Below, one piece after another: positions 39,801 to 54,800 of a DNA stretch of 64,000 bases. Location of the stretch: positions 62,001 through 126,000 of the forward strand of contig JAQGDQ010000337.1 of assembly GCA_030141605.1 (NCBI GenBank), given 5' to 3'. The notes beneath the pieces were generated by a model. The model searched no databases and had not been told where the DNA came from. It saw nothing but the letters and a program-made list of their open reading frames with translations. Within the stretch, counting starts at the first letter, position 1. Each line of letters begins with the position of its first letter. The position numbers and the translations under genes were made by a program. Source of the stretch: Tubiluchus corallicola (Eukaryota; Animalia; Priapulida).

Positions 39801-42800
39801 GCCAGTAATTATAATTATAAGTTAAAGTCACACTGCAATTAGGCCGGCCACAAAAAATTTTGTTTCTGTCTTACCTCATGTGCTCAAAAAATGTCAGTAC
39901 CGAAGGAGGGAAAAAAATTATAAAAAAATTTAAGTAAAAATTTATGGATGTTTAAAGTTGAATCATGGAATATTGAATTCAGTTGAAATCAAAGTTGTTT
40001 ATTTCCCACTGGTTAACTTTAATGTTCTAAATTTTTTCAATGCATATTTTTTCACAGTTTGTTTTTTTAGTTTTTTTGTTCTGCATTACTAAATTATTGT
40101 ATAATTATCCATGATCGCATAGTCTCTTTTTGTATGGTATGAATCTTTAAGTAATCCGACATTCTGATAATAGCGGTATAAACGGCAACACTACTCGGTC
40201 GTTAATACAATACAATGGCAGAAAATATGTAATTTTAGCATCCCATTTTTATTTGTTTTCATTTAAAACCTCCCGCGATACTATACAGATGGCGCCATTA
40301 CATGACGGCCCTTATGCAAATGTAAATCAGGGGAAGGCAATGTTAAATTATGTTCCAAAAAACTTTTCATGCAAATCTATATTACTTAGCGATTCGCTTA
40401 TCTGATGGATATACTTATGTAACTAGAAATAATAATTTAAAATGTTTGTGCCAATTTGTAAAATGTCACTGGCTCAGGGTGCACCACTCACTAACCAAAA
40501 ACATATTTCTAGTCTTATTGACAGGATACAGTAATTCAAAATCTTAGTTAGCTAGTTACATGTGTTCTACCAATGCGCTGATTATTTTTTCCAAATTTCA
40601 AGCGATGTATCAAACTTGTATCCAGCGACCTATCATTAAAATGGCTGCACCTAATGGACATTGCGTGTGTTTAAATTGACATATTTTATACAGTGTTACT
40701 GCCGACACAAGACTTGCATGCAAAAAGATAGTATGTAAGTGGTATAAAATTTCAAGACGAATTTTTTAATCTTTATGCAAGTGGAGGGTTTTCTTGTGTA
40801 TTAAAGTGAAAGCCATGAGACATGAGCAATTTTAAATATTAAACGCAAAGCTTTTAGAGTTAGCTACAATGAGGACAAAAATTAAGAGTTTTAATGTCAA
40901 TGTTTCAAAGCACAACTACTTGCAACTTTCAAAGTCAAGGTCACAAACCGCAACAAACTGCAATGGCGCTTCAAGGTCACGGCTACAATGTTCCTGAAGA
41001 CAAAGAACTCACCTAAAGCGCCAAAGAAATCGTTTCCAAGGAACGGAAATCCGGGACGATTTGCAAGAACAATCATCCGGAAATCCGGATGCATCACAAT
41101 TACATTCGCACGTCCAGCAAAAGCATCAGCATCTGTAAACAAATGATAACACACCACTAATGCTTTCAGTATAGAGTGATATATAAAACAAAATGGCGAG
41201 CATTCGATTTCGAAATATAAACAAGTATATATGTGCAAGTCTTATATGGGACCAGTCCTATGGAATAGACTAAGCCGCAATTCAAAATGCAGTCACTCCC
41301 TTTCAACTTTTAAAAAACCGTCAGAAAAGAAATATTTCAAAAGTATTGAGAGTAACACAATTTGATAATGGTAATCACCTGCATTCTTTTTCCACAGTAA
41401 TCTTAATAAAACGTGACTGTGCTCAACAGGTTACTGAACACTTTATAATCATTATCACGCTCCATTTCATCTTTCAAACACTACTCCCCCCATTTTTTGT
41501 ATATATTATCATTATTTCAATTATTAATCACTTCTTTAAGATTTCCACGTATAGTTTGGCCTGTCAAGCTATGCTTTTAGGCTCAAACTGTAAGCATCAA
41601 AATGTAATTTCTGTAATGTAATACTGCATTTATATTTATATTTACTTCAGTGAAATTATCTGTATTTTTATTATAATTGTTAGATGCAGAGTGGAAATAA
41701 ATGAACTTATAAACTAAACTTATAAAGTATGTTGACACACTTCCAAAGGATAATAGCTCACTTCACCAAGAAATAATAACGAAATTTAAACAATTTTTTT
41801 AATGGATTAGACTTTTAGGGAAGACAAATGTGACTTGCCACACTGTAATCAAACGAGCTAATCAGTGCTTCACATTCTGCAAACATTCTTGCAGCACAGC
41901 ACAAATGCCAGTTATAACAAATTTAATAAACAATTTTTTCATGTTTGCGTAAAACTAGAATGTAGGGGCTGTTTAAATATCAGAAAATCTGTCAATAAAG
42001 TAAAGTTGCCCAGAAAGTCAGTACAGTCAGATGACCATGACACATGTACAGTTCGATTTAACTAAAGTTGGATGAGCAAAGTTATCATTTGCCAAGACCT
42101 TACCTTTAAAAATCTAAGAATAAACAATTCTCAACAATCTTTCTCTATCATAATTTACTATCACTCAGTAACAGGGAGCTAATCCATTTAATGCAGTCTA
42201 TAATTACAAGGTGTTGAACGTCAAATAAAACAAAAACAGGATCTGATCTTTAACATCAGCAGAAGTCCCCAAAATGAAACATAAGAATAATCCATTAAAA
42301 CTTTCCATGCTATGCCAGCAAACACTCTCAAATCTACCTGAAGGAGACACAATGCGACGTCCATCAGCCAGAATCATACCACCAGACTCCACAAGCGATT
42401 TCAGTATACAAGTAACATGAGTGGGAGCTTTGTCCGCCTCATCAACGACTAAAACATGTCTGAGTTTCACAGCTCGTACCTGAAATATTATATAATACTG
42501 TGACGCGTCTATTATAGCGAGGATTCATAATTAACTAAAGAAAATTATAAAAAAAGAAAAGAAAGAAAAACAGTAAAATGAAACACTTAGCAACAGTTTA
42601 CAGCTGACACTTACGTGTTGAGACGAAATGCAAACCAAGGGGTTAAACGAAAAATTACTGAATCACGACTGACTTAATAACAGCAACCAAGAAGAGAAAA
42701 ACAAAATGAAACCGAAGCCGAACATGACCAGAACACACTGCCCAGAACAGGTTACACGCTCGAGAAAATTGGCCTAGAAAACTGAGCTCTGATTGGCCCA

Positions 42801-45800
42801 CTCAATTTTACATTCAATACAGTATGTTTTCACGAACCCCATGACGGTTTGATCCTGCGACCTGCCACACCATAGTCTGGAAGCATCAAAACACTCCACG
42901 AAATGAGGCACCAATGACGAGCCCCTAAGGACCTCACAAATTTTCAAAGAAAGATTATGTGCTCTCACAGCCACAAGCAAATGCCCGATGTTAACATAAC
43001 ATCAGGTCCTGTGCCAAAGGTTCTGAATGAAGCTGCTCTCAAATTAAACACCTTCACATTTCCAAATTTTCACGATAACGATTCCTCCAGTATCTGAGAC
43101 TAATATCCACAGTACTGCACTATTGGTGGGGACTAAATTGGTTGTACTTGTGGTTGGCACTAATTAAATTCTGATAGAATTAGAGGGATTAAAAAGACCA
43201 TCTGATATCATACTTACTAGTGGTGAATCTTCATACACGATCAACCCTTCTTTCACGGTTGGTTGCAATGTCAATGTTTGGACCGTGGTGTCTCTGTATA
43301 AAACAAAACTATATACAATCTGCTTGCATGTGAGTGTAGTGCACCTGTGTGTGAGCACCCACACACCTACGCTTGTACAATTAAAAAAACAAAATTACTA
43401 GGTTTTTCACACCAAGTTCGGCATATGATTTTTAATTGTTAATGATATATATGCTATATATGCTAATAATTTCAGATATCTACGCCATCCTTGCAAAAAG
43501 AGCCATAATGTTCTTTCAATATTTAAAAATGGGCTATTCTATAATAAACTAACTAGTTATACTAACTAAATACGGAATCCAAAACAAATTGTACCCTAAA
43601 TATTTTAGAAATGCCACTAAAATAGTGTCGATTTAAAAACACTTTGTAAAAACCGGAATACAAGAACACTATCTTTAAATGGATGTAATGAAAATGAATC
43701 CATTTAACATAGGATGTGATCTTCAAATAAATTCAGTTTTTCATTACGGGAGTTTGACAAATGAAAACACAAAAAATTCCATGCAATACATGATTAGTTC
43801 ATAATACACGGTAAAGAAAAAATTTGGCATGAAAGTGTCCTGCAGTAACTACATCTGCGCAACTGCAGATATGATGTGATAAATGCATTTGTGCAATTGC
43901 AAATGTGATGCAATAACAGCACCTGTGCAATTGCAAATATTCTCTCGGTCGATTCAGCAACTGTAAGAATCTGTCGGCAATTTTATTCTTCCCGACGCCT
44001 TGGTTGCCGACCAACAACAGATGTTCACCCAACATGAAATCTTTCAACATGTCTTCCATGACTCTCAAATGCTGAAAGATAAAGCAATGAAGCCATATAT
44101 TATCTGTTAGTCTGTGATCCGCAGGGATAGTCAGAGTATTCAGCTAATTCATACATTTTAATGCATTACTGTTTAGGGAATTATGGAATAAATTATGCAA
44201 TTATTAGACTAAAAACTGTTAAGTAGCAGCCAAGAATTTAACTCAGGTGATTCTAACTTTGTTCAACAAGTAGCCTAGAAGCCATTGAATAAATGAGTTA
44301 TCTACTGACAAATAAAGGTAAGCAGTTGTATTCAACGCTTAAGCTTGAAATCTCAGGTATTTTTCTACCAACGAATGATTATAGAAATCAATAAATCAGT
44401 AATGCTGTTGCATTTTACAAAGATACATTTGCTATGTTAAAAGATTTGGTAATGGGAGTCAATTATCAGAAACGATTAATTTTATATGGCCGTACTTGTG
44501 CGTTCTTGTAGAACAATATGTCAACCAAGATGTCCACAATGTCTACAATTTTACAAGGATACATTCGGAATTATAAAAAGTTTTGGCAACAAAAGTCAAT
44601 TATCAGAAATGGTTAATTATACATGACCGTACTTGTGCATTCTTGTAGAACAATGCCTACCAAGATGTCTGTAAGGTCTACAATTTTACAAGGATACATT
44701 CGGAATTATAAAAAGTTTTGGCAACAAAAGTCAATTATCAGAATTGAGTAACTATGCATGGCCATACTTGTGCGTTCTCGTAAAACAATATGTCTGGTAC
44801 CATGACCTGACTGTCTGGTTGATGAACCGGGACTTCCGTCTGTCCTATTCTTAATATTCCATGTTTCACTTCACCTGTAACATTTGAAATACAAGTAGCA
44901 ACGAGAGAGAGACGTCTCATTCAGATAGGCAGTAGAGCCTATATGTCTCATTTTAATATAAAAAAGGATTAGACAAACAAAAACTAAAATTGAAACCCCT
45001 AATGGGCATTTGAACCATGGATCAGCATTTTGTCTCTTTGTTTGCTTTTTGTGTCTTAAAGGGAGTACAGCAGGAACTGCCCTCTAGGGGTTCCTAAGTG
45101 GCACACTTAATGTACAAGAAAAAACCCTTTACTTACGCAAAACTAAAGAAAAATTTATCCAGAAATTTCCTAACACTTACATATTGATTTTATGCACACA
45201 GCTCTTGTATTAGTAGCAACCTTGTATAAAACTTGAAAATTTAAACTCTTGCGATGAGGTGCAGCCATTTTAACATTAAGTTGCTTAAAACTAATTTACA
45301 CAACGCTGCATAAAGCTTTAAAAAATAATCAAAGCATTTGTAAATCACGCCCACTAAGCAAAAGTATAAATTACTCTATCATGTCAATAAAATTAAAAAT
45401 ATGTTTTTTGTGAGTCAGTGACATTTTACTGCAGAAACATTTTAAACTGCACTCATAACTCGGTTTGCCCATCTTCGCTTTTCGAAAAATCGAACAAAAT
45501 CTCGACTGTTAAAAAGTCCTGCATACTATGGACACAGTCCGTTGTTTCATGAGCTGATTGTTAGTTGGCGGGCCGTTAGTTTGTTTACATCATTACATCA
45601 ATGCAACCAACCAGCGTGTAATTACACGTGTGTAACTAGTATATCAGGAGCGGCCCGTACTGGACGTTTTTGAAACAATTAGGCGATTGTCGAATTTGCA
45701 TCGACATCTGCCCGCTTGTCCGGTAAACTAAGACATGAGTGTGCTAAGAATTTTTTTCTAGTCACGTCACATAAGCAAGTAAGTGTACTGCTAAGTAATA

Positions 45801-48800
45801 TAACTTCAGAGTGGAAAGTTTTTTGGACGCACTTTAAAAGAGCTTTCCTTCCCATTTAACAGAACATCGAAAGCAGGTTTGTCTCCAGGATTCTTTTTCT
45901 ATCGCATTAAAACAAGCACATCTCAAAACGCGAAAGAAGCACATTAACTATCAAGAGAAATTTATTAACAAGTAAAAAACTCACAAGTAACTGATTTCTC
46001 TAAATCAGTTTCGTCGGAACTTTTTACAATTGGTGTAATGTTTGCTTCAGCCATGTTCTGATCAAGAGTTTGTTTTGCCATCGTAGGCAGAAACCTACAA
46101 ACACACAAGACATGTTGAAACCACTGTAAAACTCTAAGCTAACACACTGTCTACAAAATAGTTCTAGTTTTAAAAATGAACAAGTATGCACGTGTATGAC
46201 AAAGAATAGAGTTAACTAGAAAGTTCAGCTGGCGAAATACACATATAATTAAATAATTTTATTTTGACAGAAAAACAGTGAAGTAGTGTTTGAATAGTTA
46301 TAAATGATCTACAAAACATTCCCATTAAATTTTGTAACATTATTTTAACACTGGTTTCACTCAATATTATGGATAATATTCAATATAATAAATCTTTTGT
46401 CTTCAGTTCTTTCTTAACACTTGTACGGAACCAGAGCACGTGAGGGTAGTACTGTTTGCTTCACAATCCAGCACAGCACGCTCTAGCAAAGCTGTGTTTA
46501 GCAGTTGTGCACATGTCTGAGCCCAGATAGAGAAAGTACTGTCCCTCACACAGTTTGTTGTCAGTTGTCACGTGCTTACCGTGAACGGATCAAGCTTGAA
46601 CCGAGACAATTTTGACTATTTGTAAGCAAAAAATATATTTTTTGTTTAGGATTTTATTAAGTTTACGTATAAATTTTCGTATGTTTGTTTATTTGTTTAA
46701 AATTACAACTAGAAATTACAACGTTAAAATTACATATGCTTGTTTCGTTTGTTTCGTTTTACACAGTATTAAAACAATGGCTAAAAATTTTCTGAAGTAG
46801 CACCCCCACTAATTTTAACTACGAGCCGCCACTGTTACTAATACTATTTGGACAACTCCTTTTCATTTATCATTTCTGTAATCGTGCCCATTACTTACCT
46901 AGTTAAACAAGCTTTATTTATGGCTTCGTACAAGCTTTCATACGGATATTTGGAAAGACGTTGCGCGATTCGGATAAGTTGTCGAGTGGAAAGTGATGAA
47001 GACAATGATATCACCTGTAAACAATTGAAACCGTGAAACAATCAAGCTGCTAGCAAAACTAAATATGGCAACAGTAAATTCTGCATTAGAATTTTGGCAA
47101 AACCGAAACTTGACCGAAATTGCAATTATCGGCAACTGAAGATAATTTCGTTTCGGTGACATCCAAGAAATACGGTTTAATTCGAGTTCTGATAGAGAAT
47201 TTGCTTTTTTTATAGAGAATGTTCACTCCTTATGGCAAGACACAATTAGAAGAGAAGCTGATGTTTAATTACTATCAATGAACTGCATTACAGAGATTCA
47301 TATGTTACCAGCCCTGCTATAATAGATGATGCAATTATTCTATGTATATTCACTAATGGCTAAATAATTATTCAAATTTTATAATCACTTCTTGGCAATT
47401 AGTTTAGACCAATAATACTAATTAGACTGCAGCGAACTTACAGTTGGGTCGGTGGATTTCCTAAGATCATGAACTAATCGTAACAACGGTTGTAGAAGGT
47501 TTGTTGAACCAGCCACCTGCAACAGATTTTCAAACAATTCAGTAAGATGCCTGGTAAAAACCATGACCTTATAAGTTGTGCATAATTAAAGTTACATGGC
47601 ACAATTACATTCAAATTATTATGGCAAGTGTAAAAAAAGCCAAAATGCTGCGAACCAAGTTATACAGCAAAAAAGTTTCGTCATTGGAAACAGAGAAAAA
47701 TACCCAAAAAACAAATGAGATCGAGGGTTGAACTCCTAATAACTAGAAAACATTTTCTGGTTAAATATGGCTAATGTTTTACAACCAAAAGTTACCCTTA
47801 ATTTAGCTAGTAAATATGTTTTGTATTTCTATCTAAAATAACTTAACAAAAAAAAAGTTAGCGACTATCTTAACTCACATAATTATCAATTTTAAACAAT
47901 CAAATGTTGCCAGTTAATCGTAATAAATAACACAAAATTTAATTTTCAATTATTCGCTGAAAATAAAACAAGTTTACCAGTGACTCCAGTATGTGTGTCT
48001 CTTCATACATGTCTAGTGGACGCATGTGATGGTATAAAAACATGGTCAGAGTTTCCGCATTCAGCCATTTTTGCTGACCGCTTCCGCTGCCCACTACTGG
48101 TGGTTCAGCTAGACCCATGATACGAAATGATGGATGGACAGAATAAACTTGTCTAGAACAAAAATAACTAGAGTTAATTACTGTCTCTCAAGCAAGAAAG
48201 TATGAATGAATGTAGACATCAGCATCCGTATCTACATTTGCTCACCATCAAACACAAATCCACATCTTCTCAAATTCACAGCATCTGTTCAAAAGTTATT
48301 AAGATTCATACATAAATACAAAACAAATAACAGGTGTCATGTAAAATAAATCAGGGATGTCTCAAATGTTTTTGTTTTCATATTGACCTGGCAAAAATAA
48401 CCAAAAAGTGCACCACAAACTCTTGAATTTACCCAACTTGCTGCCTAATCAGCCCTTTCACAGTTCCAGCGATTGATGATGATCGTGAAAAGTTCAAAGG
48501 TTGAGTGCGCCAGACAACACATTTGTGAACACTTGACAACGCATCGCAGCCCATGCTGTTGTTGCAGTAACAATTTTAACAGCTATGTAGAACCTTACCT
48601 AGTCCCATTTTTTCTTGTTCTCAAGCAAGACACTGCTAGTAAATCACTCTATGCACAGACTAGTGCATAATTAAGTAGAGTCCATGTAAAACAACTGACG
48701 TTACTGAACTGATGCAGCAATGGCTTTGCGTTGCCCAGATATCACATGACGGTTTTAGTTAAGATGCTTTGCTGTGGTACACTTTGCCTTTGACCCCAGC

Positions 48801-51800
48801 AACTGCGTGTGTGCAAGACAAAACTGTTAACAGGTTTATTGCCTAAACTTCTGACTGGTGCTCAATCACTACGACTAAAAAATAAATTCTCAGAAATTAA
48901 ACCCAAGAGTTTAATTAGGCTGGGTTTCAATCAGGTCCCTTCATTTGGGGAAAGAGAATGAGGGGGCGCTCCACAATTTCCATTGCCTAAATTGACTAAT
49001 GAGGGTACGTGCTCGCCAAATAAAGCTAAGCAACAGCAAGCCTGTCAGTAAATGGATAGACATCTGAGAAAACTGCTTTTGGACAGTTTAATCTTTAGCA
49101 CTGGCTGGTGTATGTACATCTGCAAGTTGCTAAGACAGAAAAAATGACTTTCCTGGTTCAGTGATGTTAGTGAATTTTATACTTGATAGCAAGCTATGTA
49201 CCAGTCGTGCCACATTCACCCACGTTAAGTAGTTAATTCACCGCATAACAGATCCTACTGTTAGGTGCTGGATCCCAACTTAGAGAATATTAAACAATAT
49301 TAAAAAAAAAGACCTCCGAAATTTGAGCATAACCACTACAGTATAGCTTATGTTGGTAAAACGTGTTAAAACTCAAGTGTTAAAACGTATAACCACTGGG
49401 TGTCCGCTGCAACTTTTCCAAGGGTGGTAAAGGGATATACTCCTACTATTACAACTATTGCTTAAAATTATCCTATCCTGGGCCCTCATATGAAGTATTC
49501 GGATGGGGTCAGGCGAGTACAGCAAACACCTACAGCTAGGGGTCTAACTGATTCTGGGGTTTAAATGAAAAGAACTCTATCACATAAATAATGGTAAGAC
49601 CAACATTCATGAGCAGATGACCAGAGACTACAAGGTTTTGCCACTGCTGAAGACGTTAATCCTTCCCTTTGTAGCGGCGGCTGTGATTCATCCTAAGCCG
49701 TCACTATTCATAGTGAACGGTTAACCCCCGGGTTAGGCTTCTTAAGCCAGAGCGAGCCCGACACTCCTTAGGGAATTAGTTATAAGGTTCCAACTTCGAA
49801 ACCCCCTCACCCTAGGTTAGAAGGCCTGATCCGGGGGAGTCAAATGACCTGTTTGCTACCCCCAACGGACACCCTTGTGTGTAATTAATCTTGGTTTCTC
49901 TTCAGAATTGAGAAAAACGCTGAGATCATCAATGTTTGGAAGTTCAGAACAAATGGTTCCTACAGGATCTTACCGCTCGGCTAAGTCGGCATCGGAGAAA
50001 CCGTTCTCGGCTTTGATTGCTTCGTAACGGTCGTGTCTGAACAACCTTGTTCCATCCGGCAAAGTTAACTCTCTGTCATGAACCAACCTTAAACACAAAT
50101 AATAGTCACTTTACCAGAAGAAAAAAGACTAAAAGTTACATTTTCTAATACAGGTGATAAATCATAAATACTACACCAGCTGTAATCTCCATACCTCTGT
50201 AGAATAGCCAGTGTGCCTGCATTTATTCTATGAATACCATCTAAAATCGCTAAGCTTCCATCTAAGGCGGCCATAACTAACGGTGATGGGGTCCACGTGG
50301 TATCGCCGTTAGGCAGGGTCGTCCGCTGTTGTAACAGATCGCGAGCTGTCATGTCCTGTATAAAAGAAAAGAAGAAACTGTTGAAGAATCGATCAAACTT
50401 TGAAATACGAATGTGTTTATCGATAATCTGGCATGATACTAGTAAGAAGTATATTTTAAACTACTTGAAACCAAAACGATAAACCAAACAAAATATGCAA
50501 TGCGGGACAATATGTGGAATAACAGGAATTTAATAGTCAATATTCTTTACCAAAATGCATAGAATGTGCACAAGGTTGTAGTACTTAGTAATTATACCAT
50601 TATAAGGTTAGAAGACACTAAAAGAAGCTTCTTTTTTCCACAAATTAACCAACAATCAGACTTTTTAGTCATTCTTTACCTCATAAAAATATGTATTTAT
50701 AAAATTCAAGACAAAGGTAAGCTGATTTTGCTTCACTTTTGCACACTTTGGCACTCCATAAAATAGAATCCACCACTCACTAGCAAAAACTTACTTAACG
50801 GAAATGGTTGTAGTAAGACTGGCACCTATCTCTTTAGCAAAACTAATCTCCTAAGGAAAAACAATGAACCAGCAAAGGCGTCATAGCCGTGGTTGACTGT
50901 GAATACATCATTCCTGAACAAGGTAAATGACCATAATCAGCATTGCAAACTGTCACCCATTCATTGCTTGACCAGGCTTGGCAATGCTTAATAATAGTCA
51001 CTATGAGCACAATGTGACCTTTATAGCTATTCACTTGCCCCCTAATTTAATTAATACAATACACGGCTATGCACCATCATTTGAAGTAACAACTACCTAA
51101 AAAATATTATAAGTGTAAAAATTAATAACGAAAAATACTCTATTTTCCAATCAAGAGCAGAAAGGTCTTGGTTCAATTCCCCGACTGAGTTACCACAAGT
51201 TTTTTTTACTTTAAAATATGAATTACCTGGTACAACATAATAGGTTCCACCTGATAGTTCAAAAGGCGAGCAAATTGATTTGCCAAAACACTTTTACCAG
51301 ATCCCTACAAGTAAAATAATAAATAATATAATAAGAAGTTTGTATGCATTGTGTAAGAATGATGTTCATCTAAAGTTTATAGTCATGAACATTTAAAAAT
51401 TTACTAATTTATTTTTTATTTGACAAAAAGATTATGGAGGAAAAAAGTACAAACTGCGCAAAACCAGTATTGCGCATTTGCATCAAGCCAAATCAGATGT
51501 TCACATGCTGTCATTTGATGTTAACGGCACAGGCAAAAAACGTACAAGCTAGTGCAATAAACAAGATCTAAAAATAGACCAGTGTGAGTTTACATTTGTT
51601 TTATAAGTTTAGTTATCGAGTAAAACATTTACCTTTCCACCAATCAGGCAAGTATCGTGAACCATATGAGACTGGAGAAGTTCTGTCAGTAATGAATCAT
51701 GATAATCCGTATGAATAAACTTTTCTACAGATTGATCACTTTGTTGTTGTCTTGTACCTCTAGGCACCTACACGCAAACAAAAAAATTACTGTCAATAAA

Positions 51801-54800
51801 CAATGTGTTTTTTAGCTATGTTTTTCTGATTTTTGCAGTATTTACCAAGTTTTGCAAAACTACTTATAAACGTGAGCTGATGCAGTGGCATGAAAAATGC
51901 ACCCCAACAAAAGTGTTAATTGAGAAGTGTGAAAAAGGAATTTACGTTTTTTAGGACTAAAATAACTAATGAATCGCATTATAATGCCAATATTCCACAA
52001 ATGGATTTTATTATTGTTGTTGTTGTTTTGAGAAATGTAAAAAAATCTGTCACAAATTTTTGGTTTTTGATTTGATTTCCATTTATTGTATTTCATTTAT
52101 TAACTAATTTAACTGTATCACTTTTTCAGGCATTTATGGTGCTAGCGGTATAGATGCATTCAAAACTCTAGCTAGAGAAGAAGGAGTCTGCATAGCAACC
52201 TCGGAGAAAGTATGAAAATGATGAGGATAAAGAATTTGACAATGTCGTCCGAGCTCTTAATTCCACGCCAAAGGCTAGGGTAGTTGCTTGCTTCTGTAAG
52301 GGGACTACCATAAGAGGACTGCTGGAAGCGACTGGTAGATTGGGTCTAGTTGGTTATTTCACATTATAAAGAACGTTGATACAGGATGTGTACAAATCAG
52401 CAAAATTTTATTGTGTTTCAATCAATTTAATCTCACACTTGTGAATGTGGAGTTATAGTTACTTATTAAGTGCACATTAATGTTAATTTGCTGCAATTTT
52501 GCAATAATTATGGATTTTAGGCAAAATAGTGATAATGTTTAGCCTCCAGTACAATCATGAGCATCATGCAAAATCACAACCCTGGTCTTAAGCGAGGAGA
52601 AGTGCAATATTAACAATAACAATAAAATCACAGCTACTGTAGAAATTAGCACGATGCATTATTTTTATTGATTGGTAAACTAAGTGGGAATACTTCGATA
52701 AGATTTCTGGTTACTTCTTACCCCATTTTCAGACTGCCTCAATTACATAAAACAAATTTGTATAAAAATGTTTAGTTACAACTTTGTTCAAAAACCTAAT
52801 GTAAATACACTTAACTGTCTTACTGCTAAAACATCAGACATTCCAGGCAAAAACTACAGGCACTAACTAATCTAAATAATTTAAGTAACTCTAAATATTA
52901 CCGGAGTATTGTCCTTTAGTTTAGCAGCCAATAAAAATCACGCATGGTACATAATTACTACAACAGCTATAGTCTCATTGTTGTAATCGTAGCTTATCTT
53001 TAACAAGGCTATGTTTGTTGCTCTACATTTGAAAAACATCCTGCAAGCAACAACTAAATATTCACTGCTGATGTTTTCCTTATCAGTAATAATAAATTTG
53101 GCAAAACTCTTTGCCAATATCATCCTCAGCTTTGGATTGGTGAAAATCTGAACTGCCGGCCATAGAGAAGTGTTCAACTTTAAGGAATAATAAAAGGCTT
53201 GAAAAAATAAGAAAAACATAATGAGAATGTGAATGATGATGATGGTTTGATAATGATAACACTGATGATAGAAAAAAATGAAAGTGGTCAAGATAATGAT
53301 GATGACGGTGATGAAGATGATACCTAATGGGATAACGATCTTATTAACAAAAGTGAAGATAATGAAAGCAATTTCTCCTTCTAGGCCGAACAGTTATGGA
53401 CAAGGTTCCCATTACCTTCACAGTACTCTCTTTTCCATCTCCAGTTATTCTCACTACTGCAGTATTCTTTTCACTTTCCACCACTTTAACTTTGCCGTGC
53501 AATTCAGAACTTGTTGAAGGCAAAAGTTCAAAATTCTAGAAAAGTCAGATAATTACCTCACAAAATGTCACTGCACATGGCAAGTCTTCATTAGTGATTA
53601 CCATGCTTTAATAAATTTCTGAATTTAATTGGACAAAGACATTAGCTAAAGCCTAGCTCCCAAGAACCAATGTTATCATTCAGAAAAATGACTTGCATTT
53701 TGGATCATTCCAGTTTTGAAGCATTAATTCAAAACAAAAACAACTGTACAGCAGCAAACACACTACATTCAGCTGCAAACAAAGTAGTCTCCAAAACATG
53801 TAACGTGTCTGCTTTATGTTTCAGATGCAATAAATTACTTCAATTCACATGAAAGACAGAAAACAGTATAGTAAATTGGTTGCAGTCCAAAAGAGATTAG
53901 AAAGTGCAAATCTTGAAATATCTTCTGAGCAAGAATAAGCTTTTTGAGGGTTGTCAGTAACGGCCACACTATGGTCACATTCTGTGTCTGCGCAACCGTT
54001 ACCCTATACTGACCGACAAGATTGGTGTTAGTTGGCTTTTACATTGCTTAGCTTCATGAGGTGGTTGTAAAAGCTTTGATATGATGCGAGGAGGGAAATA
54101 GGTACAAACTTTGGAAACACGACAGCACATCGCCGTATGAGTCGATCAGCACGTCTGCTGGATCACGTAATTATGCAATTTTAATAGAGACAGAGTAAAT
54201 TGATGCTAATAAATTGTCACGAATGAAAGTCTTATCACACAGCATGAGAACTAAATTCATTTGATTCTTGACTCACTTTGAATTATGCAATTTTAATAGA
54301 GACATAGTAAATTGATGCTAATAAATTGTCACGAATGAAAGTCTTATCACACAGCATGAGAACTAAATTCCTTTGATTCTTGACTCACTTTGAATGTGTC
54401 CTCGACAGAAGCATGACCATCTTTAGGAAGGAACAGTTTATACGGGTACAAACGTAACAGCAAAGAATGAGGCTCAACATGTGGCACATCATTCTGTAAC
54501 CAACAATAAGAATATACTATTACATTTTAAGTAGTATTCATTATCCAAAAGTGTTACAGTAAAATACAGTAATTAAAAGCATGAATAATAAAATAAGAAT
54601 AACAAACAAGGCAATGCCGTTGCTCTGAATACGAGCAATTTGAGAAGGAGTGACTACCATAATTCCAATAATCTTTTCCAAGTTCATAATAGGAAAATCT
54701 GGCAATCCCAAGGAAGATGATTCCTGCGACAACAATGTGTATGCAAACGACAGCATCTGTGACACTCTGGAAAACGAAACAGACAAACTTGAAAAAAGGA

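Noticed and set aside
42845-42900. tRNA gene
   Set aside because: Only degenerate A/B-box-like motifs on the minus strand with no cloverleaf; probably a SINE remnant.
52938-53291. 117 aa minus-strand ORF or degenerate B-box-like fragment
   Set aside because: Starts in a (GAT)n-type repeat, has no convincing motif, and alternative frames have multiple stops.
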